64,000 nucleotides of DNA from Bilabrum cf. latius (lineage: Eukaryota): positions 124,001-188,000 of the forward strand of contig OZ237776.1 in assembly GCA_965178125.1 (NCBI GenBank), written 5' to 3'. The notes below the pieces were generated by a model. It worked only from the letters and a program-made list of their open reading frames with translations. It did no database searches and was not told the DNA's origin. A program made the translations under genes and the position numbers. Positions 39,899-52,878 of this stretch are shown piece by piece. Position 1 is the stretch's first letter, and each line of letters opens with the position of its first letter.

Positions 39899-40219
39899 GC
39901 ATGCCCTCTACTAGCCAAGCGGGCCCGTCATTGTACCTAAGCTGAGTGAATGTGTGTATGCTATAATAGGCGTGCGGAATAGCTGGCGTGAGCACCTACT
40001 GTACAGAGGCGTGACGTGGTTTGGTGGGCCGACCGACCGAATAACGAATCTTGATCTTCGGGAATCATCACAGTCTTTTGAGAAATCATGCCACCAGGGG
40101 CTATCAAAATCGCCAATTCTGGTACCCATCCCACATGGTGCTATGTAGGATTCGGGAATATTATTGGACTCCCCAGAGCGAGTTGGATGGAATACAACCA
40201 GGCCGCAAAACCCGACTTC

Positions 40220-40685
40220 TCAAACAGGCGAGCGCCGCCCCTCAGCGCCCGAATAGCACGCGGATTTATTGCCGCTCAAGTTTAATTGTGACCTCTCAAC
40301 TTCCTCATCCGTATGTGGTCGAGTGATCGGATCCCTGACCCGGGTCACTCGTTACCCACACACCCACGCGCTTCCACTGGCACCTGCCCAGTTCGTGCCC
40401 CCCCCTTTCAATCTGCCGTTTCAACCAGATGACCCGACGACCAACCATCTCCTCCTCCAATAGATCTACTCCCTCACCCGCTTGGTGAACCGTCGCCCGT
40501 CTCTACTCCGCCCTCTATCCCCCTCGTCAACCCCTTGCCGCCGCTTTTGCTCGTGCCTCACTTGGCTGGCCCCTCGACCGCTCACTCCTCAGCTTCGCTG
40601 CGTTGTATCTGATCATGCACATCGAGAGGGTACTGCGGCAAACGCGCGACCTCAATCTCAGACACCTTGTTGGCCTCACCAACGA
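40220..40685 (+). repeat. Dispersed repeat, copy 2
   Basis: Inverted match to 36663-37095; direct match to 43345-43716. Confidence 0.85.
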
Positions 40686-40957
40686 CATGAATATCTAGCA
40701 CTCTGAGATTGAGTCCACATCGTATTCAATGACAGAGAGGATGTGTATACCATTGCGTATACACGAGTTGGAGAGAGTCCGGCCATGGTGCTTGCCTCTG
40801 GTCGAGTCCGGCTGTGAGGCACCGCCGGCGTGACTGCGGCTTCTGGTTCTGGCCATCGGCGTTAACCATTATTGCACTACAACTGTCCAGATATATCGAG
40901 AAGATTGTGGTTGTTGCTGTGCGCAGTAATCCAACACTAACACGGTAAAACTCTTTT

Positions 40958-42573
40958 ATGGGATTATGCGCTTCATCAAGTTCAGTTGGGCCACTGCAGC
41001 CAGATATAGGCCTTCAAGAAGGTCCGGGACTGGGCCATTCGGCGACAACTGGCGCAGACGAGTGTGAGTGGTCGGCTGCACGTCATTCAGGGTGCTAGCA
41101 GCACAAGGGAATTTGTTTAGCCCCGTCTATGGTCCACGGCTTAGCCTGGATGTTTTAGTAGAGCTGTAATCGTACAGAACTGATAGACCTCAATCACGAT
41201 CGCAAAGCTTTTTGCTAGCTAGAGCATAGTCTCCAAAGAGCATGGCACATTCGAGCGCACAAGTGTTCAAAGATACATCTACATCTTAATGTTATAGTAT
41301 GTTTATATGACCCGGTGCAGTCGCTCGAAGTGGCGATGCAAGATGGGATTTTCGATGGGAAATAGCTGCCAACATCACCGCATTTTGCCACTGAATCCCG
41401 TAATCCACCGCACAGTAGCAAAATGGTGGTAACAATATGTGTTTGATCTGGACTGGAACAATCTTAATGTAATACAGTTGCATTTGCTTTCAGGTGTCAC
41501 TGCAACTACTTACAGCCTCTGCAGGTAACTTGAAGGCTGGATTCGGGCTAAATTCCAAGTCTAGTATTGTCCATGAACCTGAATGGCATGATCCGCCAGC
41601 CACTGGCAAGGCAGCTGATTTGACAGCAAGTACACAGGATATCGCAGAATGTCGGGGAAGCACCACTGCTGGTGCGTCGATTGCGGCTCACAGTGCAGCT
41701 GGGCGCAAAAAGGAAGGCATGTTCACGAAAGGCGAGAAAGGATCAGACAGCTACCGACAAGTAGACTAGCTGTCTGATGGGTCACATAAGTTGCGCTAGG
41801 AACGAGCGTTAGCACTTCTCAAAGAATATATCAGGCTGCAAGACGTGCCGATCATCCTGGAAGAGTTTAGAGGGATGATGTCAGATGGAAGTGTGCCAGT
41901 AGACATAACTGGAAGAGCTACATCACCCAATTCCAATAAATCGGGCGAAGGGACCGACGAGTTTTTGGGATCTGCCAGTGCCAGTGCCAGTGCCAGTGGC
42001 ATGGGAACAGTTGGAAGCTCTGCAACTTCGGATGCCAGTGGCGGCAGCGCCACGCAGCTACAGGGCGCTGGATCATCATCGGAAAGCAGTGGCAACCCTC
42101 ATCATACTATCACCACAGCTGTGGCGGCCTCTGGGGCAACGTTCGGTTCTAATGTCTCGAATCCGCAGTCTCCGATACCGGCTGCACGTGGAGCGATTGA
42201 GCCTTGCTCCAACGGCAGCAGTGGACAATCTTGTAGAGAGCCGGTTAAACATGTTGTTAGGAGCTGCCCAATATCCATTGATGCATCCACCGCGACTGGG
42301 ACTGGAATCCACCAGTAGCTTCAAGTAATTGCTCCAGAAGCACTTGCCCCGCCCGCGTTCTCATCGTCATCCGGATCCGAGGACGAACACGCCCGGCCAA
42401 GGCGTGTTGGACGAGAACCAATACGACAGCCTGCACAGAGTCTCACTACGCAAGCCAAAATCCAATTCCTGGCTCGTAGGATGTCGAGTGGTGAGGTGGA
42501 TGACTTGGCCAGGAGGGTGCGGGCACTGAGGGAGTGGGACAGGGAGGGGGGCACTGGGGGAGATGGGCGGTGA
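40958..42573 (+). CDS. Low-complexity protein with N-terminal MGLCAS motif; multi-exon, internal structure uncertain
   Basis: First exon MGLCASSSSVG...ADE followed by GTGAGT at 41064; acceptor TTTCAG at 41493; frame open 41494-42573 across TAGs at 41767, 41797 and 42316; ends TGA. Confidence 0.55.
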
Positions 42574-42668
42574 GGTGTGATGACTTGGCCAGGAGGGTGC
42601 GGGCACTGAGGGAGTGGGACAGGGAGGGGGGCACTGGGGGAGATGGGCGGTGAGGTGTGATGACTTGA
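42490..42668 (+). repeat. 80-bp tandem duplication (about 2.2 copies) spanning a stop codon
   Basis: gatgacttggccaggagggtgcgggcactgagggagtgggacagg at 42499 and 42579; partial third copy at 42659. Confidence 0.9.
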
Positions 42669-43344
42669 CCAGGCGACTGCTAGCTCAACGACAGTGGCCT
42701 GTAGTGATGAGTACCACCTGGTTTTGTATAGTCTGTGTATTGACGTCGTGACTTCCATGAAAGCTTCTTTTAAAGGTTCAAACGCCCAAATACAATCAGA
42801 CATGGCATTTAACACAGAGCTGTCGCCATGTGCCTGTATCCACCGATGGATTTGTCCACCATCGTAGAACCACAAAGAATTCTCCATGTCGTAAAAGAAC
42901 TTACCACATCCGGGTATTTCTTGTTGGTTTGTTGCAGTGGGGGGTCTAGTTGAAGCAAAGCAAAAGTGTCTCCAAGTAAGTGGGGAATCCACTGGGGATC
43001 AGCTGGACGGCCATCATGATACTTGAGCAACTGCCTCGAGCTGCGCAGCCTGTGGTGCGCGCTGCACCTCAAGGTGCGTCCGGCCGATATCGATTCCTGG
43101 CAGCCCGTCGGCCTCCTGCCAAATGTAGGAGTTCATACGGGTATACTCTTCGTGGAGATCACCTTCCAAGACGCTGCACAGTCAGACGCTTTTCATCTCA
43201 TTGGACGCCAACAACAATCAGACTATGTCTTCTTAATACCATGCTGAGCTGCTGAAATGAGATCACACAGTGCACACAGCACCGTAATCTCGCAGAAAGT
43301 CACACATCCTTGGATAGTGGCAGTTTATGCCTCCGAGAGCCCAT

Positions 43345-43716
43345 CACACACCCACACCTCCACCTGCCCAGTATGTGTCTCGCCCTTTCCATCCGCTGTA
43401 TCAACCAGATGGCCCCACCAATCATCTCTACCTCCACTAATTCCTCACCCACTTGGTGAACCGTCGCCCCTGCCTACTCAACCCCCCTCACCGCCCCCTT
43501 GGCCCCCCCTCCTTCCCCCGTCACCCCTCCCTATTCCGCATTTACCCCATCCCTCTCACCCACCCCTTGCCGCCGTTTTTGCTCGAGCATCACTGACTTG
43601 GCCTCATCAGCCGCGCTCTCGCCTACTCTTCGATAGGTCGCATTAGATATTGCACCTCGAGCGGGTACTGCGCCCAACTCGCGACCTCAATGCTAGTGGC
43701 CTTGCTGGCCTCACCA
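43345..43716 (+). repeat. Dispersed repeat, copy 3 (partial, diverged)
   Basis: cacctgcccagt, tcaaccagatg, cttggtgaaccgtcgccc, gggtactgcg, cgcgacctcaat and ggcctcacca shared in order with 40380-40681. Confidence 0.8.
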
Positions 43717-43947
43717 GCTGAGCCGGGGTGGGTCGCTCGTGGTGAGCTGGCAGGCAGCAGTCTCAGGAAGAACTGTCAAGTACTGTGCCTTGAGGTGAAT
43801 AGAGAGCTACGTGACTTGCAATCCAGATGCCAGTGGTTTCGTGCGACCACCCAAACCGGAACTCCCGAAACCGATTCTGGCGACCCCACCTTGAGACAGT
43901 CACTTTTGCCTGCTACCAATAAAGGGGCGGTCAGGCTAAGAAGCAGA

Positions 43948-46900
43948 ATGCGGACAATCGCTGCATACATAGCGGTTTTCGCAGCCTTGGCTGTCAATTC
44001 GTACGGCGAATTGTCAACTTCGCCAGCTCAAGAAGCTACCAAGCCAGCCGTTGGCGTACCAGGTCTTTTCGCGCACGTGTCCCCCAACCTAGAGGCAGAG
44101 ACCTTCTTTCGGAACGATGTTTAGACTAATATCGTATTCGCTCCCTTTCAACAACAAACTACGGCTTTAGATACCGCAGAACAGGACGAAACCGATTCGC
44201 CGCACAGTCGGTTTCACCTTGGTTTTGACAAGGATACCCTTAAGAAGCTTCTAGACGCCGCTCTTGCGCGCCAAGGTGCGGTGGAATACTCCGTTAAGGG
44301 TAGCATGCGAGCATGGCCTGCAGGTACGACTTCGAACGAGGTGCTGGAGCACCTAGACGCGGGTGGAGCGATCGTCGTGCATGTCGTCGACGCGGATCCA
44401 TTTCTCGGAAATGTGAGACACCTCGCCCGGGCCACCTTCGGGATGCCGGTATCATCCAATCTTTACGTCGGTGGTCCAGGCTCCGTGGCCCTGAACCCGC
44501 ACACGGACCGCTGGGACACTGTGATCACGCAGCTGATTGGAAGCAAGCGCTGGACCGTTTGCGTCCCTCTGCCCGATCTGAGCGCGCAAAAGTCGCAGGC
44601 CGAGCGCGCCGAGATCGCCGAGGCACGCAAGAACCAACAAGAAGGATGCACGCAGTACGGCGGATCCTCGTGGAACGAGACGACCGGCATTCCGGGCATG
44701 GAGTGCGAGCAGATCTTGACCGAGCAGGGCGGTTTCCTCTACATGCCCAAGGGGGTGATCCATGCCGCCGTCGAGGCGTCCGGCTCGGGTCTATCAGCGC
44801 ATCTTACCATCGGATTAGAACGAACAAACCTTCAGTGGATGGACCTCGAAGGTGCCATCATCGATGCAGCAGGCTCCACCGCGGGAGACGACGAAACCGC
44901 TTCCGGCGGCGAGTCTCCCAATGGGCAGCTTCATGTGACGAGTGCAGTGCTTCGCGAGGCAGTCCGACGGGCCAGCGAAGGGGAGGAGGGGATCCAGCTG
45001 CGGTCTCTGCTGCCCATGTGGGACCTTGCCAAGGTGAAGAGAGCCGCTGTGAGAGGGGACATGTCAGCTGTTCAGGCCGCGCTGGCGGGCACGAAGCCCA
45101 GCACCAAGGGCAATGGTGTGACGAGTGATGATCGGAGTGTTCTGTCAGGCCTGATGCAGCAGCACGTACAGGTGCTCTCTCACATCGAGAGCGAAGCCTT
45201 GAAGCTCGGCAGGCAGCTCGTTTCCCGCACCGAGTTCAAGACGACCGCTCACATCGCCTCCTATCAGCAGCTGACCGACTCGCACAAGGCCGTGGAGCAG
45301 ACGATCCGTGCACTGATCCATCGACTGAAGGACCCGATGGCAGTTGCCGCTGGGATCCGCAGGTTCTTCGCCACGATGCACACCCGCGCACGGGCTTCAA
45401 CATCATCCTCGTCTTCACCATCCAGTGCCGCAGCATCAACTGCTTCGCTCAGGTCTTCCCCCCGGTCCAGCATCGTCCACAAGCCCGGTCCCATCAGCCC
45501 GTACGAAGTGATGCAGCATGAAAATGTGCCTGCAGCCACGGCCGTGCACATCGCCGAGGAGACGAGCAGCCTGGGTCGGGCACGGCGCCTCTCGTCCACC
45601 TGTGCCAGCACGTGTGGGACAGCCAGGTCCGTCTGCAACGGTCTCTGCCAGCTCGAGCCGAAGGCATGCGGGTGTGACGGTGCGCCGTGCTTTGCGGGAT
45701 GTGATGATGGCTGCACGGCTGGGTGCGACGGCGGATGTACCACCAGCTGTGACGGCACCTGCGTCTCTGGTTGTGACAGCGCCGGCGTGTGCACCAGCAA
45801 CTGTGACGGGAACTGCTTGGGTGGTTGCGACAAGGGCTGCATCGGTGGGTGTGACAAGTGGGGAGTAAAGTCGTGTGACAGCTCCTGCGTGCGGTCATGC
45901 GACAACAGGTGCAGCACCTCGTGTGACGCGGGCTGCGCGAACGCCGGAAGCTGTGATGACGCGTGCACCACCGATTGCGACGGCGGCTGCACGCTGGCGT
46001 GTGACGACAATTGCGTGGGAGGGTGTGACGAGTAGTGTACGACCGCGTGTGACGAGTCCTGCGGGGACTGTGAGGGAGCCTGCGAGATCCAGTACGACGA
46101 TTGCCTGGCGACGTGCAACGACATGGCTGACATCTGGGAGAGGGTGGAGGGATTCGGAGTCGACGTTGCCGAGCTAGCCGTTGAGCTGGCGGAACTGGTC
46201 CTGTCCTGCATCTCACTGCACGGAAATTGGCCCTCGCTGAACGACCTCAAATCGATCGGAAAGTGCACAGGGTAGGCATTTGCAGAGCAGGCGGCCCCCG
46301 CCCCTTACCAACTTGCCAAAGCGCTACAGGACACGATTGAAGGCGCCAACACGCAGGGGCTGATCGATCTGCAGACTATATTGACGCAGCAATACATCAC
46401 AAAGGAGAGCTGCACCATGATTTGGGACGGAATCGAGCGGATCGCACCCATCTTGGAGTGCTGGGTTGACTCGTTGCAGGCTCTGCCAGCGGTAGGAGTG
46501 TGCTTCCTGGGAGGGTGGCAATTCCCAGCATTCACCATGGGAGTGGGCGTTACGTACACGTCAGTCATCGAGTAGTACCAGTTTGACATGGGGCTTTGGA
46601 TCGACAAACGCGGCGACAGGGGCTGCTACATTGGGCTTGGGAAGGGCGTCGCGCTCGCCCTGCCGTCCGTCGAAGCTGGATTCGGCACAGCAATCATGGA
46701 GAGCAAGACAGCCATATGTGGCGACGGGTACGAAGTGGACGTTTCCGGGACATTTCGCGGGGTCGAGCTCGAGGCTTCGATGGTGTTCCAGACCGACTAC
46801 GAGTTTGGTGATATGCCGATCGGGGTTTCAGGCTAGGGTGCGGTAGACAGTGAGGAGCTTGGAGGTTCTATTGCAGTTCGCAGATCCATCGCCAACATGG

Positions 46901-48309
46901 TCAGCATAGAGGAGGGCAGCGGCATAAACGACGAGAATTCCGGAGACTACTGTCCGCAGCGAGACATATTGCTGGAGCTGTTCGGTCCGTAGGCCAGGCG
47001 CATGCAAGGCGGTGGTGGAGGTGGTGGTGGTGGTGGTGGTGGTGGTGGTGGTGGTGGTGGTGGTGGTGATGGTGGTGGTGGCAATAACGGGAGCGGAAAC
47101 GGACCTAAGTCAGGTTCCAAGGACCGAGAGCAGTTCGACAAGGTGTAGGGCAAGATCGATAAGGTGTCTAAAGAGAAGAAGAAGTCGGGCAGGGTGCCAG
47201 GCATGTCCAGCAGGAGCCCGCACGTGCGCGAGCTCGCCTTCGAGGCCTTCACCGATGGGCTGTCTACTGCTGGGCTTGACATCGACAGCACTGGCCAGGT
47301 GATGGATGCTCCGATCGACGCCAACTGCACCATTGAGTTCCGCAAGCTCCCGTCCCAGTTCGAGAACGCCACGTCACTGCGGCCCTCTCAGCAGAGCTGG
47401 ATCGACCGCCTCATCAAACAAGTCTCCGGCCTCCATCGTCGGTACCTGTCCGTTGAGTCTTACAAAGGAGAGCTAACACTTGAGCTAGCTCGGCTGTACG
47501 GATCGCTCGCCGGCGAGAACCTCCCGGAGAACTTCTCAGAGAACGTTCTCTCCCGCTACAACTCTCTGTCCGTTGACTACGCATCGTCGGTCTGCTCGGT
47601 TCTTCGGATGCGAGAGAACCTTCTACAGCTGCGGGACAGGAGGCCCATCTGGGTATCCAACGACACTGGGGCCGAGACGTCAGCCACACTCGCGGTTGAG
47701 GACCTGGAGTCCACTGCTGATGTGACGATTGAGGTGCTTGCCGCTGGGTTCCGCGAGCTGGTCGAGACGTCTGCCGCGGCTGCTGATGCCTCTGAGGAGC
47801 GGTCAAGGAACAAGGCGATGGAGGAGGCCACGGAGAGGAACCACACCATCGAGGAGTCTCTGCTGGAGGCAGAGGTGGACGAGCTGGACGAAGTCATCGA
47901 CGTGCTGGATGCCAACGTGAGCCAGCTGAGCACCACTGTGGTGTCACTCGAGGCCTCCGTCGAGGCAGCTTCGGCCAACCTGACGGTGCTGGAGCAGCAG
48001 CTGATCGACAATGGGATCGTGCCAGCCACGCGGCCCGACCTGGGAGACCAGATCGAAGATGAAGATGGGGGTGATGACCCACCGCTGTCCACCGCAGCCA
48101 TCATCGGCATTGCACTCGTGGGCGGAGTGGTCGTGCTGCTGGTCGCGGGGCTGGCCCTGATGCGCTGCGGAGGATCCGATGCCAAGGATTGCAATGTGGG
48201 AGGCATCGAGCCAGGGCGGGATGGCTCATCCAAGCACGTTAGCAGTGCTGGTGGGCAGTCCGATGCTGCTGGTACTGCGGGATTCGGTGCCGAGCCCGAG
48301 GCTGTGTGA
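43948..48309 (+). CDS. Type I membrane protein, 1453 aa: signal peptide, JmjC/Cupin_4 (NO66/MINA53/ROXA-like) oxygenase domain, Cys-rich repeats, poly-Gly, coiled coil, TM
   Basis: MRTIAAYIAVFAALAVNSYG; SNLYV...LNPHTDRWD...QLIGSKRW...FLYMPKGVIHAA; CDxxCxxx repeats at ~45600-46120; TM AIIGIALVGGVVVLLVAGLALM. One frame with seven TAGs (44122, 46033, 46273, 46573, 46834, 46990, 47146); ends TGA. Confidence 0.88.
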
Positions 48310-48711
48310 TCCTGAGGTGCTGACCACCGGTCCCATTTGTGTCGCCGCGTCTCGTGCCGATCTCTCTGGGACAATCCGATTCGAATTCCTGCCATGGCAC
48401 AGGGGGCCAGTGGGCTACTGCCGATAGAATGATTTGTTTGCTTTGCGCCGTATGTACTTTGATTCCTTGGTTCTTCATCATTCAAAGATGAAGATGACTC
48501 AAAATAAACCGCCCTGCCGTCACCACTTCCGAAAAGCGTTCAACAGCAAAAGCGGAAGCACAAACAAACAGAAATTTCGGTCACACTATTGCAGGTGTAG
48601 CAAAACTATAGGACTGCTCCGCAATACAAGTAAGGCTTGTCTCGGCGGGCTCACAAAATCCGGTTCTGGATTTTCAACAGCGGTCCAAAGTGGCCCTATA
48701 CTACTCGATTA

Positions 48712-50107
48712 ATGGGACAGTGCAGTGAGACAATCCTTTATACAGCCACCTCAAGAGCATGCGTCCATGTGTGCCTCTTGGAGTTTCCAATTATGGTCAG
48801 TTTTGCCGATATGGATTCCAACCGTACTAGAGGTCCTGAGATCACACATTGCCTGGATACGTATCCGGAACATGTGTCAAGTTGCTAGTTTTCGCTTTTA
48901 ATTGATGTTCCCAACTTGTTTGGTTACAACTTTTGGTCTATGAACACGGTGGCGGTACTTTCGTTTCGCAGTAGCTGCCGGAGGAGCGTCGGAGAAATAG
49001 TGCTCGGCCGTGCGGGAGATGGACGTCTCCTAGTCGCATGAATTTGACGATAGCGATCAGGAAGTGTGCCGTGGAATATGCGGCACGCTCTACCAAGTCC
49101 CATCTGAGAAAATAGCTGTCTCGGACGGACATGCGCACAGGCTTTATGATGCGGACTGGCCCGGTGGCTCTGCTGGCGGTTGCATCGAGTACCTTCCAGC
49201 AAGTTCACCTGTAGTCGCTGCCAGTGGAACAGCCAGGGCTGGAAACCAATCAACATCGCCAGATAACGGAAATGAGCACTTCGCAACGTCTCGATGGGCC
49301 GATCACGGCAGCCGCTGGCGCAGCGATGCTGGCCAGGCATCTGCGGCTGCGGACGGGCGAGCACTGTCACGCGGGAAGCACGCCACCGAGGAGACGACAA
49401 AGTCGGGAAGCCAGGCCAAGGTGCGATGCCCCACCATGAACAACTGCAAGCTATACATTACCAGAAGCAGCACAAGTGGAAGCGCCCAAGGCCGCAGCCT
49501 CCAGCCCATCGAATCGAGCCAACTTGAAGAGCAATCTTCTGCAAGTGCTTCTAGGCCCGAGGGCCGGCAGAGGGCAGGGTCCTGTCACTAGGCCTCCGGA
49601 TGCAGCTCTACTGGGCTCGATGGGATTTCACTCGAACTCGGTGACCTTCCCACGCCCGCGCTGGTGCATCGCAAGGAGGTACATCCGGGAGAGAGCGGCG
49701 TTGCTGGTAGCGCGGCAGGAGGGGCGGGAGGGCTGCAACTTGCACTTGCGGCCCACGGGCTTGGGAACGGAGCCTGCCCGAAGCTGAACATGCCCGCGAT
49801 AAACGATGAGATCTTGCTAGTGACTGGCAGCGGCGCCTCTCGCCGCGCAGGCATCAGTGGGCTAGAAGTAGTAGATCCAGTGGGTGACTGTGCTGCTGAG
49901 CAACCCTCTCACTGTACCAGACCAGCACTGGGCCGCAGCAGGCAAGCCGGTACTTCGCCCGGAACTGGGTGTGCATCAACGCTCGCCGCATCGAATAAAT
50001 GGAGAGGCGTGAAGCAACGGATCAATTCGATCGCAGGCGCCACCATTGTCCCGGGCGGTGTCTTGCCGGGTGGCAGCACTGCTGGATGGCGGTCTTTCTC
50101 GCAGTGA
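48712..50107 (+). CDS. Low-complexity protein with MGQC micro-exon; predicted intron 48725-48971
   Basis: GTGAGA donor and TTTCGCAG acceptor join in phase 1; TAGs at 48998, 49031 and 49589; ends TGA. Confidence 0.6.
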
Positions 50108-50336
50108 TCTTCGTGCTTCAAACTGCCTGCAAGCTTACTTGGAAGTCGAAGACTGTTTACTCTTTTACAGAGTGGCGATTTGTTTGCCAGACAGGAGCTG
50201 CCAGTTACCTGGCAGCATCGATGTCCCGGCCACCAGATCTGCCGGCCACCTATCTTTGTGAGGTGTAACTTGCGCGGCGAAAATCTTATTTAGAATGCAG
50301 CGCAATCTGCAGGCCCCGAAACACGAGAAACCCATC

Positions 50337-52701
50337 ATGGGGTCATGTGGCTCGTCCTTGGCAAATATAAAACCGAACGGAGATGCGCATGCTATCGAGC
50401 ATGATGAGCCAGATCCCCGTTCAGCGATTACAGCAAGTCCATTCAAGCGACCAGATTCTTCTAGTTCCAGTCGCCAAAGTAAGCTTTTTCGTTATCCATC
50501 TTTCATGAGCTGACCAAACTTTCATGTGCATATAGCTTGCTCCCTGCTTGTCGTAATTTGAAAGTTGTTCATTGCGTGAAACTGCATTGCTTGAGTGCAA
50601 GGTTTGTCGTCAGACGTCTTCGCTTGAATCCTGCAATCACACCCTGCGGTAGGAAGCAAGCAATTGAGCCCATTTTATAAAGCCTTTTTCAAATGCCAGC
50701 GTGTTTGACTGCGCTTGGTTGCACTGAGCAGCTGAAGTCGTTTGCACCTGGCGACACCCCTCCCGAAAAATAGCATCAAATTGACTCATTCACTCGATGA
50801 AAGTGATTGTGCCCACCGCAGAGCTTGTGGACGAATCAGCTGCGAGTAGTGGACGGGGAACAAAGTATCAGGTCGCGTCTCCCGGTGGCGTTCAGATTCG
50901 AACGGCATGGCATATCGCAACCGAGCACTTCCCTCCTGCCAGTGGCGATAGAAAGGGCAAAAGCGCAGGCAACGAAGCCCAGTGCGCATTAAACGTAAAG
51001 CATATCAGCGGCAGGAACGCGGGATCCCAAGATATCGACTAGACCGCCCCTGATCTCGATGCAAGCAAAAGGCAGCTCTGGAAGGCCACCTCAGCGCAAA
51101 GTCGCCGAGGCCGTCTTGACGGCAATAGCGACAACAGCATGGATGCCAATGGCGTCGCCGATGGATCTGAATCAGGCGCGAGTAGAACAGAACCGGCGAG
51201 CAGCTCCTGCCATCACTCGTCTCATCACGGTAATTCGCACATGGACCGAGCGAGCGCCAGGACGTCGACCACCGCCACCGCGACGAGCACCCCCTACAAG
51301 GACCACTCGTCACACTCCGTGGGAAGGGCGCAAGCCCACGGGCCGGCCAGCAATCGCAGCCGGTGGCGTGACCTTAGTGCTGGGGGGTTGAGCGAGAGCC
51401 ACATCACCGGGGCGAGCGCTTGCAATCCTGAGGTTGCAACCGGATCCAGCGCGGGAGGCGGTGGTGTGCGACGGGAACACATCCAATAGCCTCAAGGCGG
51501 TGAAGATCGGATCATCTTGGGCACCCGTAGCAGGGGCGGGGCGGCACCAGACGGTGTCTGGAACGACGAACCTTCCCTGGATGTTCGCGAAGGATCGGCG
51601 GAGTTCGCTGAGGCGTCCGCACGGGCTCTCTCGCGCACGGGCAGCGAGTCCGTAGGGGCCGGCGACGATGCCCGAGGCGGAGAGCGTGCCACTCGTCACA
51701 CGGGCCGGGGCCTCTCCTCCCAGCAGCTCGTCTCCGGTGAGTCGCTGCACGTGTCGGGCGGGCGCACGCTGCACCCACGCGCTTCCAAGCAATCGCTTTA
51801 GAGGCTTTCCAGCAGGTATTCCGATTCCGAGTTCCAGGGGCCCTCCTCGGGTAGCCTGGTTGGGATCCTGGCATCCAGAGGTGGGGGTGGTGGTGGGGGG
51901 GGTGCTGGTGCTGGCTTCTCCCGCTCCTCTCTGCCTGGATCGGTTGGTTAGGGTGGTGAGGGTGGTGAAGGCGGCGAGGCAGCCGGGGGCGGCAGCTGGC
52001 AAAGCTTCGGACTCGGGTCGTTCGTCCAGGATGCGGCGAGCGAAAGTGCTGGTGATGGCGCTCCAGGCCCATCGGGTGCACGGAGGGGCGGATCCGGAGC
52101 ATCAAATGCAACCGGCGGTGACAATTTGCACGGTGCGGTCTCGCCGAGGCGGATTGCCGCCGGGGCAGGTGTGACGAGCAGCGATCGAAACTTGGTGCAG
52201 GTGGAGGGACCCAGCGTGGAATCGTCGCTTGAGTCGTCCGATTCGTCCATTGAGGGGCTCCTGTCGCCGGTCTACATGGAGCAGCCCGGCGGTGCAGGAG
52301 GGCTTGGGCAGCGCGATGGTGTGACGAGTGCTTCCCGGCACAGCGCGTGGTCGAGTGACGGCAGCGAGTCTGAGCAGCCCAAAACCGATTCCGAGTCGGG
52401 TCACGATCCTCTGGAGACACCGAGCGACTCCTGGGATGGTGGTGCGGCTGCCGGTGAAGGAGACAGGGAAAGCGGGGCAGGTGCGTCAGCCGCTGCAGCT
52501 GGTCAAGCGCTGCCTCACGGCGGTGCGAGCCACGGCAGTGGATCCGGAGCCGCAGCCAGAAGCAGCACCGGGCTGGTGCAGGCCCCTCCCGAGTGGGAGA
52601 TGGCTCCGATCGATGAGGCATCAAACAGCCGCAGCCGTACGGGTTCATCGACTGGTGGGTCTGGGAGAACTAGACGGAGCTCGCAGTCGGAGCAGCATTG
52701 A
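50337..52701 (+). CDS. Low-complexity Ser/Gly-rich protein with MGSCGS motif; predicted intron 50479-50821
   Basis: GTAAGC donor and CCGCAG acceptor in phase; TAGs at 51040, 51487, 51799 and 51949; ends TGA. Confidence 0.68.
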
Positions 52702-52878
52702 ATGGATTCATCCGGAGTTTTAGCGCTAGGCAGTTTACCTTACTAGGCTACGTAGGCAGCTATGCAGTGCAGCTCCACAATGAATCGCATTAGACTATGC
52801 GGCAGCGTATGTAATCGAAATGGAGTCGTTGCTATGCTGCTCACCCTCGCTGCAGATCCATCCGGATGCATCGATTGC

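Noticed and set aside
42321-42992. 223-aa minus-strand ORF
   Set aside because: Overlaps the plus-strand gene end and the 80-bp duplication, has no recognisable domain and a non-ATG start; support is insufficient.
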